A DNA stretch of 64,000 bases from Oikopleura dioica (GCA_907165135.1 OU015567.1:8494001-8558000), one strand, 5' to 3'; positions 34,101 to 44,008 are shown, numbered from the stretch's first letter. A program made the numbers and translations. The notes: generated by a model from the letters alone, not told the origin.

Positions 34101-34978
34101 GAATACGTTCCAAAGCTAGCAAAGATATAGTCCCTGTAATGATGTGTCTACTCGTAGAATTCGGAACCTCAGGTCGGACCACGTGTACTAGCGATAACGG
34201 CAGTGAAAACTTGTCTGGTTCGATGCGCGTAGCTCTCGATAAGCTAAATTTATATCATACGCAAATTTCAGTAGCTAATTCGCGTGCGAATCGCGTAGAG
34301 CGCGCACATCGTTCACTAAGAAGTTTTTTGAGAACATGCGATTTTAGATTTCATGAAATTGACCATGTGGTACAACTATCTGCCGGAATGTACAATAATA
34401 AGCCGATGGCATCCTTAGGGAATCGTTCACCCAATCAAATCGCTCTAAATATCTCGCCGCCGCAAATTTTCGACCTCTACGAGTTGACTCAGGATTTAGA
34501 AGAAAATAAAATAGATATGGATGTAGCTGAATATCTCGTTCATTTTTCGGACATGCAGCGAGAAGTAGCCAAAGAAAAATATGATAATTACTGTATTGCT
34601 GACGGCTCACCAGAAATCCAACTAGAGCTCGATGATTTAGTTTTGATTAAACCCACCTCAATCGAATTAGGACATACTCGCCATAATACAGGCCCGTATC
34701 GGGTCGTTAAAATTTTGCAATTCGGATCTTATCAACTACAACATGTTCTTACCGGCCATCGCACCAAACGTAATCGTAGACATTTGCTAAGGATCAAGCT
34801 TGACGAAGTTGACATGAAAACACTAATGAATAAAGGTCTCTTTATTGAAAACGGCTATCTTAAAAACAATGTAGAAAACCCCCTAAAGGAAATTGCATCT
34901 TCGCCACTTGACACCGGGAATTTGAAGATCGATTCTACTCCGCACGTCCCAAAGTACAATTTACGGTCTCGAAAATGA
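31136..34978 (+). CDS. pol: Pol: aspartic protease, dUTPase-like spacer, reverse transcriptase, RNase H, integrase (gypsy order)
   Basis: LLDSGA; LDLKNGYF and YLDD; ACDTS...ELVG...CDH; HIVTGH...CLLC, FFDCFD...SDNG...RVERAH; GPY motif. Confidence 0.97.
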   Translation: MALPELSFDLIQYSPKYLSLPVQNCLLDSGATQNYISRKILPDEINLDRLTNPKQLTNAFHDDLSIIKYTVTLNIKLDSNLEIPNITFHVLDNIISYEAILGYSFIKYHHVDFKTPAILNTIFEKKDIENNFTFNEYIEGNYSDEVTFRLVHNLCLPPLSEEWVKVKPSKKLDKTHRYKIMATEELEKMQVNIMNNFVTANNLCLRLKNYGPDFVTFLSGDNIAIKALDIDIITSFEHLNFLLASSKLPEFERHIHEKELKEWKSQRDDLVAKTSIDGELRRVLEGVPLDFVDELRTNLTKVSWNFSRHLDDAGMNSHYVAELILNDSDPPTFSPAYKPDNTILCQVEERMKNLTKNHILEKTCSPWNSPALWVKKKDSSLRLVNNYSSGGNKSLNSRLLVPKYPCLPIRSVLSLISSNISKIHNLYPNRPIRFSNLDLKNGYFSVGLRESDRDYTSFLFSHAQYRYKRLAQGLSSAPSVFSYFMSLVTSDIEGNGDKFFVLTYLDDIIILSADIHHNLAIKRVLERLVLHNLVLSLKKCEFFKESVLFLGFHITDKNILPDKNKIQGILDISYPTTLKAAQKTLGLFNFYSRQIRNMSSDLSPLSKAIGLGKDYVLTNEIKLAIDKTKENIKKGTSTAHLEYPDNDSTRVLFVACDTSLKATGAIIGNCDLINDSISNVSVAAYSSKRLTEQESFLSSRGRELVGLSTALQNFKDLLPKDRRFVCFCDHKSLAQIFNSVNMKGSGSTRVRLAYSRVLEYPLMEVRFLRSDHNLIEIADTLSRLDTVDSEPLDVTIFHPRNYKSANEESLNNVKLQFAKPKIDISVIVDEQKADAEYSKIRDSLESVNPSAKNSAKYRLSNDILYRAVGNSKRWLIVVPQKCSRQLVEYFHIVTGHSGRDSLSLRLKKEPLFIHNRTGLIADVIKGCLLCHLHLPERFSKNVEESRKIVPALTPYSKIFFDCFDVVREGRTAVFLSFLCGFSNRISVRRIRSKASKDIVPVMMCLLVEFGTSGRTTCTSDNGSENLSGSMRVALDKLNLYHTQISVANSRANRVERAHRSLRSFLRTCDFRFHEIDHVVQLSAGMYNNKPMASLGNRSPNQIALNISPPQIFDLYELTQDLEENKIDMDVAEYLVHFSDMQREVAKEKYDNYCIADGSPEIQLELDDLVLIKPTSIELGHTRHNTGPYRVVKILQFGSYQLQHVLTGHRTKRNRRHLLRIKLDEVDMKTLMNKGLFIENGYLKNNVENPLKEIASSPLDTGNLKIDSTPHVPKYNLRSRK

Positions 34979-37251
34979 GGCTGTTTCTAGCGTTACTAAA
35001 TTCTCTAGGGTTAGTTTTAGCCAACACTTATTTTCTTTCAAATGATACAATAGACAGCTACTTGGTTTCTGATGTAACCGAGGCTAACTTAGCTCTAAAA
35101 ATGAGAAGCATTGTCATAAATGATAAAATTAACCTACAAAACTGTTTTTCGACCAGAACCAACTTAACGGAAGTTGCCATAGACCGGTTCAATAAACTCA
35201 CTGCGGATTGGACGCAAACTCAACCGCCGCCACTTGCGCCTGGTAAATTCGAGTTAATTCAAGGAATTCTAGCTACGTCTCCCCGTATTGAGGAGGTTAA
35301 TTTTCGAGATTCTAATGATACTGTTTTTAAAATGGGTGGAGGCAACGAGCGTAGAAATAACCTTCAAGGGAGAGATACCGATACTATTGAAATAAAGGAT
35401 TCATCAATTCTAGATAAAATGACGGATAGAGACCCCGACACTGTACTAAAACTAGGTTCTGGTTGTCATAAACGAGCTGGTTGGAACTTTTTTCAGTACA
35501 CGTTTGTTGTACAAGAGCATCCTAACTTCGTTATGGTCCAACTAGAAAAACAGGAAAATCGTTTCGGGGAAATGAAATTAATCACGCCCGATGGAGACAA
35601 ATTGTCACTACGTGAAATTTCCGTAGAAGAAAATGAGGAATATTTGTTTCTTGGTGCGCCTGTTCTCCAACCTATGGATATGAGTAAATTGTCGAAAAAT
35701 TATACGCTTAGCTTTTATTTATATACTTCTCCAGGCCATGAGGAAACAACTATTTTGATAGACAATCGAGAAACGCATACTGATAAAAATTGTGATGATT
35801 TCGGAATCATCGAAGTCTACCCCCTTATGGTTCAGGATTCGAGAATCTTGCACCGACAAAGAAGGCAATTTGGGGAAATAGTAGTTCCTTTAGTGGTTGC
35901 CGGACTAATGGGAGGTGAAGCAGTAGGATTAGGATATGAACACCATAGAGTTAATACTATAAAATCTGAAATCAAGGAAACCGATATAGATAGTTACAAT
36001 TTTGATGATGAGGCCGCAAAGGATATTGCGAATCTTAAAGTAAGCGTAGAACACGAAGAAAGTATGATAAAAACACTTCTTAAAAGTGAATGTCGTGACG
36101 AGAGAAATCTTGAAACGAAAATTTTCGAAACCTCCCTCATCCAACACTGGACTCTTTTCAGGGACAGTGTGGAAGATGTCATCGCTAGTCTTGTTTCTAA
36201 ATCACCGACATCGAAAGCTGCGGACCTCATCTCGAAAATTTGTACTAACCAAAACGGACTCGACCTGCCATGCCGCGATTTCTATAGATACCGAAATTTT
36301 CACTTTTCAGGCTTGACAGTCGAGTACGAACCGCATCAATTTCCGTCACTCATCATACATGTAGCGTACCAACTTCCTAAATTTAAGCCTTTCTCCAATA
36401 GTCTTTTGACATACAGTGCTCCAGTACCACTTAAATCTAATACTAAATCAAATTCTTATCTCTATGCTAACTACGATCTTCCTGAATCCATCAGTATTTT
36501 GGACGGGTACGCTTTTGATACTAGTTCTTGTCTCTTAGACCAATTTTCAAAGTCACGTTTTTGCTCTGAAAGAGATATCTACAAAGCTAATAACATTTGC
36601 GCTAATTCTATTGTATCCGGTAATTCTCTGACTAACTGTCACTCTTCATTCTATCACAGCTCGCAGCAATGCCAAATAATGCCCTATCCCAATCTTTTCC
36701 TGCTTAGCCACCACTCTGGATATAGAATTTTCAACCTAACGGACGGTAATGACATTTATCCGCAGATTGACTCGGATAATCCATTAACGCCCAATATCAC
36801 CTCCATCGCTAGAACTGAACATCCAATTCACATTGTCTGTGATAATTTCGCCTTTACCTCTGCATCAAAAAGTAATACCGAAGTAACTTCCTTCGTAAAC
36901 CTAAAAGACCTCGATTTTGAACCACTGTACAATCCAATCGATTTACAATCTGTTTATAATTCAATAGACGATTCCCACTTAAATGATATTAATTTACCAG
37001 ATCTTCAAAACAAAGCTAACAAATTTCGCTCTCTCCTCGGAAACACTTCTACCAGCGCTAAAGAATTCTCCCTTCTACTAACAATCTCAATTATTGGCTT
37101 AGTTATAATAATCACACTTTCGACAATTATCTATTGCTTATGTAAAAGGTTATTTAAACCAAATCCTGTAATTATAAATAATTCTGCTGACAGACCAACA
37201 ACTATTCCAACGCCTTTCGTTCGACGTCGATTTACTGACACATCTGTATAA
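34975..37251 (+). CDS. env: Env-like class I fusion glycoprotein
   Basis: Signal peptide MRLFLALLNSLGLVLA; furin site RQRR (35854-35865) followed by hydrophobic Gly-rich QFGEIVVPLVVAGLMGGEAVGLG; heptad-like region; Cys-rich region; C-terminal TM FSLLLTISIIGLVIIITLSTIIYCLC. Confidence 0.9.
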   Translation: MRLFLALLNSLGLVLANTYFLSNDTIDSYLVSDVTEANLALKMRSIVINDKINLQNCFSTRTNLTEVAIDRFNKLTADWTQTQPPPLAPGKFELIQGILATSPRIEEVNFRDSNDTVFKMGGGNERRNNLQGRDTDTIEIKDSSILDKMTDRDPDTVLKLGSGCHKRAGWNFFQYTFVVQEHPNFVMVQLEKQENRFGEMKLITPDGDKLSLREISVEENEEYLFLGAPVLQPMDMSKLSKNYTLSFYLYTSPGHEETTILIDNRETHTDKNCDDFGIIEVYPLMVQDSRILHRQRRQFGEIVVPLVVAGLMGGEAVGLGYEHHRVNTIKSEIKETDIDSYNFDDEAAKDIANLKVSVEHEESMIKTLLKSECRDERNLETKIFETSLIQHWTLFRDSVEDVIASLVSKSPTSKAADLISKICTNQNGLDLPCRDFYRYRNFHFSGLTVEYEPHQFPSLIIHVAYQLPKFKPFSNSLLTYSAPVPLKSNTKSNSYLYANYDLPESISILDGYAFDTSSCLLDQFSKSRFCSERDIYKANNICANSIVSGNSLTNCHSSFYHSSQQCQIMPYPNLFLLSHHSGYRIFNLTDGNDIYPQIDSDNPLTPNITSIARTEHPIHIVCDNFAFTSASKSNTEVTSFVNLKDLDFEPLYNPIDLQSVYNSIDDSHLNDINLPDLQNKANKFRSLLGNTSTSAKEFSLLLTISIIGLVIIITLSTIIYCLCKRLFKPNPVIINNSADRPTTIPTPFVRRRFTDTSV

Positions 37252-37374
37252 AGCAAAAGATGGCCTTAAAAGCCCAAAATCCGAAAATCTCTGAAAGTTG
37301 ATTCATAAAAATTCAAAATCAAAAAATCAAAAAAATGAACTTCTAGCTAGATTTTTCTTTGCTTGTTTACTCTG

Positions 37375-37620
37375 AAACCCTTATTTCCGCTCACGTGATC
37401 GCTACCTTGGTCACTTCTTTCTTATTTTTACCATGCTTACACCCTTAATTCGCTCTCATGACTTTTTGAAAAATTTTCTTTTTCGCTGAAATCATAGTGA
37501 TACCCTTATTTCAATCAAAGTGGTTATATTAAATCACCTCTTTTCCTGCATACACCCTTATTTCGCTCAATGACTTTGCATTGAAAGTCACCTTTTTATT
37601 ATGCTGATACCCTTAAAACA
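37375..37620 (+). repeat. Five degenerate 52-64-bp units sharing ACCCTTA(T/A)TT(CGCTC), several followed by a hairpin and a pyrimidine tract
   Basis: ACCCTTA at 37377, 37441, 37502, 37554 and 37609; perfect hairpin TGACTTT-GCATTG-AAAGTCA at 37571-37590. Confidence 0.7.
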
Positions 37621-37888
37621 CACATTCGCTTCGATTATATTTACTCGCTCACTGATTCTATGACTAAAAATATAAATGCTTATTAAAAATTTTAAAATAA
37701 TTAAAAGAAAAAAATAATGTTTAGCTCTAGAATTTCTGTTTTCCACATATTATTTACTATTTGACAGTACTACTATGCTCCTTTCATGCTTCAACCCTTA
37801 AGGGTCTACCCTTCGTTAAAAATTTTTCTTTCAACAACTTTCAATTTCTAAAACTACTTTTATTCGACTGGTCATTGGTCAGAACAAG

Positions 37889-38434
37889 TTAAAAGTACAC
37901 AACCAAAACTTTCGTAACGATGACAGGGAATGGAACCGTAGGGTTGAATGTCTTCACGCGGCACCATGGCATTGATCCTGGCCTTCTTCCATGCGATCGA
38001 TAGTCGACGCCTTCGTAATGCAACGTGCGGCACGCTCGATCCACCCGAAGTCCGTTTCGTACCGCGGGGGTCCAACAAAACATTGGCTTACCAACAAGAA
38101 ATTGAATCATCGGCTGATCCTGATTCGCACCCGCGCAAAACCGGAACATTTGTACCAAATCAATTCCAGGAATACAAATCCCAAACCAACCTCTATCCGA
38201 CGCCAAAGAAAAATCATCTGCTGCTAACCGTTGAATCCAGTTCCAATAAAATCGCATGGAAATATTCAGTTCGGTCGGGTCACGGTTCAAAAACTGGCGT
38301 CTCATGTCATTCTCTACGTCTTCTGGATCAGTTTCTTCGTCACTATGGTCGCTCAATTGATCGTGTCTCTCTGGAATGTCATCCCCGAAGACGGACCAAT
38401 CAGACTCAGAGTCGGAAGTCTCAATCAGCGTCAT
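37889..38434 (-). CDS. Putative antisense accessory protein of the LTR element (181 aa from ATG 38434): acidic N-terminus, W/C/R-rich C-terminal domain
   Basis: Long uninterrupted ORF between env and the PPT with protein-like compositional zoning; no recognisable family. Confidence 0.55.
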   Translation of the reverse strand: MTLIETSDSESDWSVFGDDIPERHDQLSDHSDEETDPEDVENDMRRQFLNRDPTELNISMRFYWNWIQRLAADDFSLASDRGWFGICIPGIDLVQMFRFCAGANQDQPMIQFLVGKPMFCWTPAVRNGLRVDRACRTLHYEGVDYRSHGRRPGSMPWCRVKTFNPTVPFPVIVTKVLVVYF

Positions 38435-38567
38435 TGCGAAAAAACGAACTTTTATTTTTCTCAAAAAGAAATTTTTGTTCTGATTCTGTGCCAAGCTTGC
38501 TTCTAATTATAAGTACCATTTTGTGTATTCTGATAATTACCCGCTTTTTTCCCGTCGGGGGGGTGGA

Positions 38568-38782
38568 TGTAGTGGTGATACCAATTAGAGGATCATTAAC
38601 TATCTAATCCACGCATTCCCTCTCCCAACTCCCGCTGTGCCACCAACCATCTTACCGACTGTATCTCCCGGCTCATCCCTTTGCACAAGTTCACAGCCTA
38701 TATAAACTGACCTCCAGTCCGAATAAACTATCAGTCTTCTCTACTTTCGAGAGTTCTCTTTCCTCAATTAGTTCCCACTATA
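38568..38782 (+). repeat. 3' LTR
   Basis: Identical to the 5' LTR; preceded by GGGGGGGTGGA and followed by TSD ACAG. Confidence 0.95.
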
Positions 38783-39282
38783 ACAGCATCAGCCTGGTTA
38801 GGGACCCAGCTGGTCAAAACTCGCTATCCCGCTGAGACTCAAAGTTTCCTGCGTTTTTTTGATAAGAATCTTGCTTAGTAAGCATCCTTCTCTCTTGAAA
38901 ATCGTATATTTGACCTGGTCCAGATCCTGACAGGACGAAACTACACTGTACTCCAGGACCATATCACTTGCTTATCAGCAATTAAATTTAAATTAAACAG
39001 CATAAATTAACCATAAAACAAGAAACATTTCAGATCTATCAAAAACATAATGCAATAAGCGCTTCAAATGCAGATCAAGTGATGATAATTGATTGTCGAG
39101 GCCGTTAAATTTTTATGAAGCGTAAGAATTGATGGCGGCCGTTTTTGGCGTTGTCGTTGCCGGCGGGGCTCTTCAGAATTGCTAGCTTTTCCAGAGATGC
39201 TCATTATTTCTGCATCGCTCCAAATTTGTCCGAAAATGGGTTCCTAAAAATATTTCAAGGAGAAAAAAGAGCACATGAGAAA

Positions 39283-41207
39283 ATGGAGGCGATCATCGTC
39301 GGATTGGGGGTGAACTACGCGGCCTCACTTGCAATCACTTTTACAAACAAGGTTTGAATAATAGTTTTTTCGGGAATTCTAAAAAAAATTTATCAGTGGA
39401 TTCTCACAAATCTGCCTCTTCCATCGGTCGCACTTGTTTGTTATCACTTTGCATGCACGTTTATTGCCCTGTATGCTCTGCAGCTTCTCGGCGTTTTTGC
39501 CCCAAAGCATGTGCCCGCGAAAAAGATTCTTCCACTCTCTCTCACTTTCTGTGGCTCAGTGGTCCTCACAAATTTATCCCTCAAATACAACACGATCGGC
39601 ACTTATCAAGGTACCAGCAACAATTCTGGCCGGTTTATGCCATTTTTCAGTCCTAAAATGCCTCGCCGATCCGCTTTTCATCGTGATCCAAACAGTTTTC
39701 TACGAAAAGCGATTTTCTCGTGCAATAAAGCTAACCATGGTGCCCATGATCGCTGGAATTGTCATTAATTCCGCGAACGATTTGATGTTCAGCAAAAATG
39801 GAACTATCGCGGCTCTGGCAGCAGTGCTGGTCACTTCTGTCTACACTGTGGTAGGTCCTGAAATCTTCTTCAGATTCTAAGTCATTTTAGTGGGTTCGCG
39901 AAAAACAAGAAGAACTCAATTTGACCCCAATGCAAATACTCTATTATCAAGCGCCGCAGAGCTGTATTCTCCTTCTCCCTGTTCTTTTTCTCGAGCTGGT
40001 TCTTTCTGGCTCTGAAATTTCCCTCTCGACCTTTATCCCAAGCGACGATTTAACAAAAGGAATGATGTTGGTAAACGGCCTTTCCGCCTTCACGGTCAAC
40101 CTTTTGACGTACTGGATTATCCGTCACACATCAGGTCTGCTTCCCACGTTTTCTATCTTCTTCAACCCCTTTTTCAAGTGATAACTTACGCAACATTTGG
40201 AAAATTAAAACTCTGCACAACCATGCTCATTGGCTTCATCAAGTTCAACGACCCGCTAGATACCTACCAGGTAAGCTCGTCTTTCCCAGAGTTAGAAATT
40301 TTCGTGACTCGCGAGCGGCTCTCTTGAGAGCGAGCGAGCACGAGCATGATGCTCTTCGTGCTCCCGAGCGCATTTATTTCAGCGTTCGCGCTCTTTGCGC
40401 TCGCGAGCACATTTCATTTCGCGCTCTCGCTCTCCTGGCTCCCGAGCACTGGTCAAATTTTGCTCTCGCTCGATTGGCTCCCGAGCTGAAAAATCTGACT
40501 CGCGAGCAGCTTTCAAGAACCTAAAATGATTCGACGACCCCGTAACTAATTCCAAATGAGTCCCTCTCTCAGAAGTTAGCACTTCGCGGTGGGCATCTTT
40601 TATCTGTTTACTCTCGGCTTTTCGCGTTCCGCTGCCGAGATAACTGATCTAATGAAGCTTCCAGAAAACGGAAAAACGAAAAATCGATCCACGAGAGAAA
40701 TTTATCTATCAAAGTGAATAATAATGCAAAAAATTGTTCTTTTAATTTTGCTCGCGAGCCGCTCGTGAGTCAATTCCATGGCGAGCACGAGAGCAGCCGC
40801 TCCCGCTCGTCTAGCTCCCGAGCATTGCCGACAAATGCGCTCGTGCTCTCCGCGCTCGCGAGCGGTTTCAAATTTGGGCTCGCGCTCTTTTGGCTCTCGA
40901 GCATATTCATTTTCATGCTCCCGCTCCCCGGCTCTCAGAGCAATAATATATTTTCGCTCTCGCTCTTTGCGCTCGCGAGCATTTGCGAGCATTTCAAACT
41001 CTGGTCTTTCCGCCGAGAGTAATTAATTATTACCAATTAAATAGTAAAATACCTTGCATCATAATTAATAATCATCAACGTTTTAAGCTGTTCGGGATAA
41101 TTCTCACCATGCTCGGCGTTTTTCTCTACACACTGCTCAAGCTGAATATATTCAACCACTTCAAAATGAGTTACTCGAAAATGATCAATTCCAATCACCA
41201 AGTCTGA
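39283..41207 (+). CDS. SLC35E3: Solute carrier family 35 member E3-like nucleotide-sugar transporter, multi-exon
   Basis: FTNKW, FCGSVVLTNLSLKYNTIGTYQ, QILYYQAP, VNLLTYWII, TFGKLKLC, FNDPL; the last exon LFGIILTMLGVFLYT follows a ~0.8-kb intron. Confidence 0.9.
40307..40990. repeat. Two blocks (40307-40510, 40750-40990) of a ~39-bp minisatellite with palindromic core GCTC(G/C)CGAGC in the last SLC35E3 intron
   Basis: Cores at 40360, 40399, 40438, 40477 and at 40814, 40854, 40893, 40931, 40971. Confidence 0.8.
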
Positions 41208-41391
41208 AAAACGCATCACACAAATTCTGCCAATACTCGAAAGAACTGGAAAATATACTCTTCTATGTACTCAAATTTGAAATTAGTATATATATAAACA
41301 TGGCTAGCAGTTACAGTAAAATCAGTACAGTATTCACAGAAAATAAAAGATGAATTTTAAGATTTGAAGATTTAAAAATTAAGATTAAAAA

Positions 41392-44008
41392 CTATCTATC
41401 CACATGTGGTTCAATCATTTCGCTGTCGGACATTTCTAGCTTCACCACGTCACCATTCTCGTTTTCTGTCGATTTTTGCTCCGATTCCGCTTTTGCTCGG
41501 AGAACATTCATTTTTGCATCTAAAGCAGCTTGACGAGCGAGGAAGTTTTTCTTTGGGCCTTTATTTCTCGTCGGAGTCGTGGTGACGGTCGCGTTTTCCT
41601 TTTGAGGAAGATCTTCGGGGGTCAGTTTGTCGACGATGATTTCCGGACTGGATTCACGGCCCTGCTGCGGACTCGGAGTTTTCCACTTGGAAGCATGACT
41701 TGGAGGCTGCGTCATTGGAGTTAAATTGAGTGGAGGGATTGACGGAAGATCGAGATTAAATTTGGGCAAAATCTGTGAAATGGAAAACGGATTTGTCGGG
41801 TTGACTGTTGTCGCCGGAGAAGCAGCTCCTAAGCTTGAAGCCAGTAGCCGGGCTTGAACTTGCAAACTCGCCAGATTCTGCCCGAGTAGATTTGAGACAT
41901 CAGGAATAAGTGCCTCTGGCGTAGGAACTACGGGCTCATGTACTTCAACTTCGACTCTATTAGATTTTTTCTTTGGCGCGTTGCAAATGCCGGTAAAAGT
42001 CTCACTCTCTCCAGAAATGGAAAGGGAAATTTTCACTTCCACTTTTTCGCCTTTTGCATTTGCCGATTGTAGCATTGAGAGGCATTTAGAACTAGCTTGA
42101 GTGGACCTGCCAATGATTTTGAGCCAGAGCTCGGGAGGACTCGCAACTGACGGCGTGCTGAATAATTAGATGTAACATCGAAATGTCGAATAATTTCAGT
42201 TTTTATACCTTTTTGAAAATGGCTGCAGCAACTCACTCGGGATCGATGGCCTTTTCGTCATCGACGGAGTCATGGTGATTCCATTGAAACTGGATAGTTT
42301 GACATTGCTGTCGAGCTCTGCCTGGGCGATCTTTGGAATTTCCGCTGTCTTCAAACATTTCACCTTTGACTTTTCGCTCGTCCCTCCTTTCACTGGTGTG
42401 ATTTTATAAGGAGAGGAAGTCGGGAACTGAATCAAGTTTGTAGTTGGCGTTTTTGGAGTTTGAGGTTGATTTTGAGACAGAGGAGTGACTGCTTCTTTCG
42501 CCTAAAAATAGTAGAAAAAAGGCGCTTTATCTAGCTCACCATTGAAAAAGCCGGTAAAGCAGCAAGTTCAGCAGTTTGCCTCTGAAATGCTTGAAGTAAC
42601 TGTAGCTGCAGCAGCGCGGAAGTGTCAATTCCAGCCGAGGTCAATAGACCATTTCCGATTTCTTGGTTTGCAGCGAGCCCAGCCGCTGCATTTAGCGCTT
42701 GATATTGCTGTAACAAGGCGGTCAACTCAGAGGACATCGATTCGGTGCTCGTGGAATTTATAATCGAACCCGTACTTTGGCCGGCTAGTGCTGCTTTGTG
42801 CGTCATTGGGAGGAGATGGAGCATATGAGCGGGCAGACAGCCTGTGTAGTTGTCTAGCTCTTTTCTACGCGCACCTAGGGGAAGGTCAGTATTTGGTTGC
42901 TGGGATAAAGGTCACCCTCCGAAGTAAATCTTAGGGTAAATGAGCCTTTAGTTAGTGTACGGCTAAGTCAAAATATAATAGTTACCTAGCTCATCAGCTG
43001 ATGGAGTAGCAGATTCAGCTTTCAAATCTTCGAAGGCTTCATATTTGGACTTTTTCGCTAAAGGAATGGAAAGATCTGGTGTCGAAGACTTTCTTTTGTT
43101 TAACAAACTGCAAAAGTCGTTTGAAACCTAAAAGGATATTTTCCAAAGATCTTTAGCAAAAACACTTACAGTAACTTGCGGGACACTGTTTCTCTTATTA
43201 CTTCCACTTTCCCACATGAGCCCTGCGTTTCCCAGGACTGGATTGACTCCCACTCTCTGTTTTCCATTTAGCGCTTCTGTCTGCGACTTGATCAAACTCT
43301 CGAGTCCGTGGAATTGGCCCAAAGCGGATAGCATGTCTCTCTCGATTTTGGATTTCGTTTCGTGCAGCGCTCCATTTCCATTGCTACTTGCACTGGCCAA
43401 CTCAATCTTCTTAAATGTCAAAATGAATTGGAAAGGGTTTTAGGATAGATTTGGATTACCTTCGCTTTGGAGCCTCGAGGGATGACGGTCGAGTGCGCCC
43501 GCTGCACGGTCGAGTGTGGACGCACTGTGACCAGCGATGAGTCGGGAGAAACATCGGATCCGACTACGGCGCCGGGCAGCTTCTCCGATGTCAACTGCGC
43601 TGTCCCCAAACCATCCGGTCGGCGGACCACCATTTTTGTTCCACTCCTAAAATAAACTTTTAAATCATAATTTAGGCGAAAATATTAATAGATATTGATC
43701 AATGATCATTAGTTATGATTCATAACTTATAATTCATAAGAACTCATTTCATAAAGACTTGCATATCGTCGATATGATATCGAAAAGCCCCTACCGAAGA
43801 ATGTCGACTAGAACAAGATTGTCAATGAAATTTAAATGTTATTTTTGACACTATTATTTTTTCAAATTATAATCGATAAGCCTTAGGCTTTCATAGAAAT
43901 CTTATAGACAAACAATAAAGCAAAAGTGTTTTCCCGAAGCTGCAAAAAGCCGTAAAGTACTCTTGAAACTTACTTGAGTAGTGGTTTTTCTCTCGCGTTA
44001 TGATCCAT
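41392..44008 (-). CDS. Uncharacterised multi-exon Ser/Thr/Ala/Gln-rich, probably nuclear protein
   Basis: ORF pieces 43418-43633, 43128-43421, 42531-42824, 42196-42435 and 41392-42075 are bounded by splice-like signals; candidate ATG at 44008; no family recognised. Confidence 0.6.

Larger units (their letters stand above)
29277..38782 (+). mobile_element. Full-length Ty3/gypsy LTR retrotransposon with env (Tor-like), apparently intact and recent
   Basis: Identical 215-bp LTRs, 4-bp TSD ACAG (29273-29276, 38783-38786), TGG-starting PBS-like sequence after the 5' LTR, G-rich PPT before the 3' LTR, and uninterrupted gag, pol and env ORFs. Confidence 0.97.

Noticed and set aside
40307-40990. CRISPR-like appearance of the palindromic repeat/spacer array, and the ORFs over it (RARE-rich)
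   Set aside because: Eukaryotic intron, no cas genes, repeats too short and spacers related to one another; the ORFs are repeat translations.
42100-42240. Apparent MBD-like sequence (LLQPFSK...DVTSNYSARRQLR)
   Set aside because: It only appears when reading through a GT-AG intron in another frame; the spliced frame gives an unrelated sequence.
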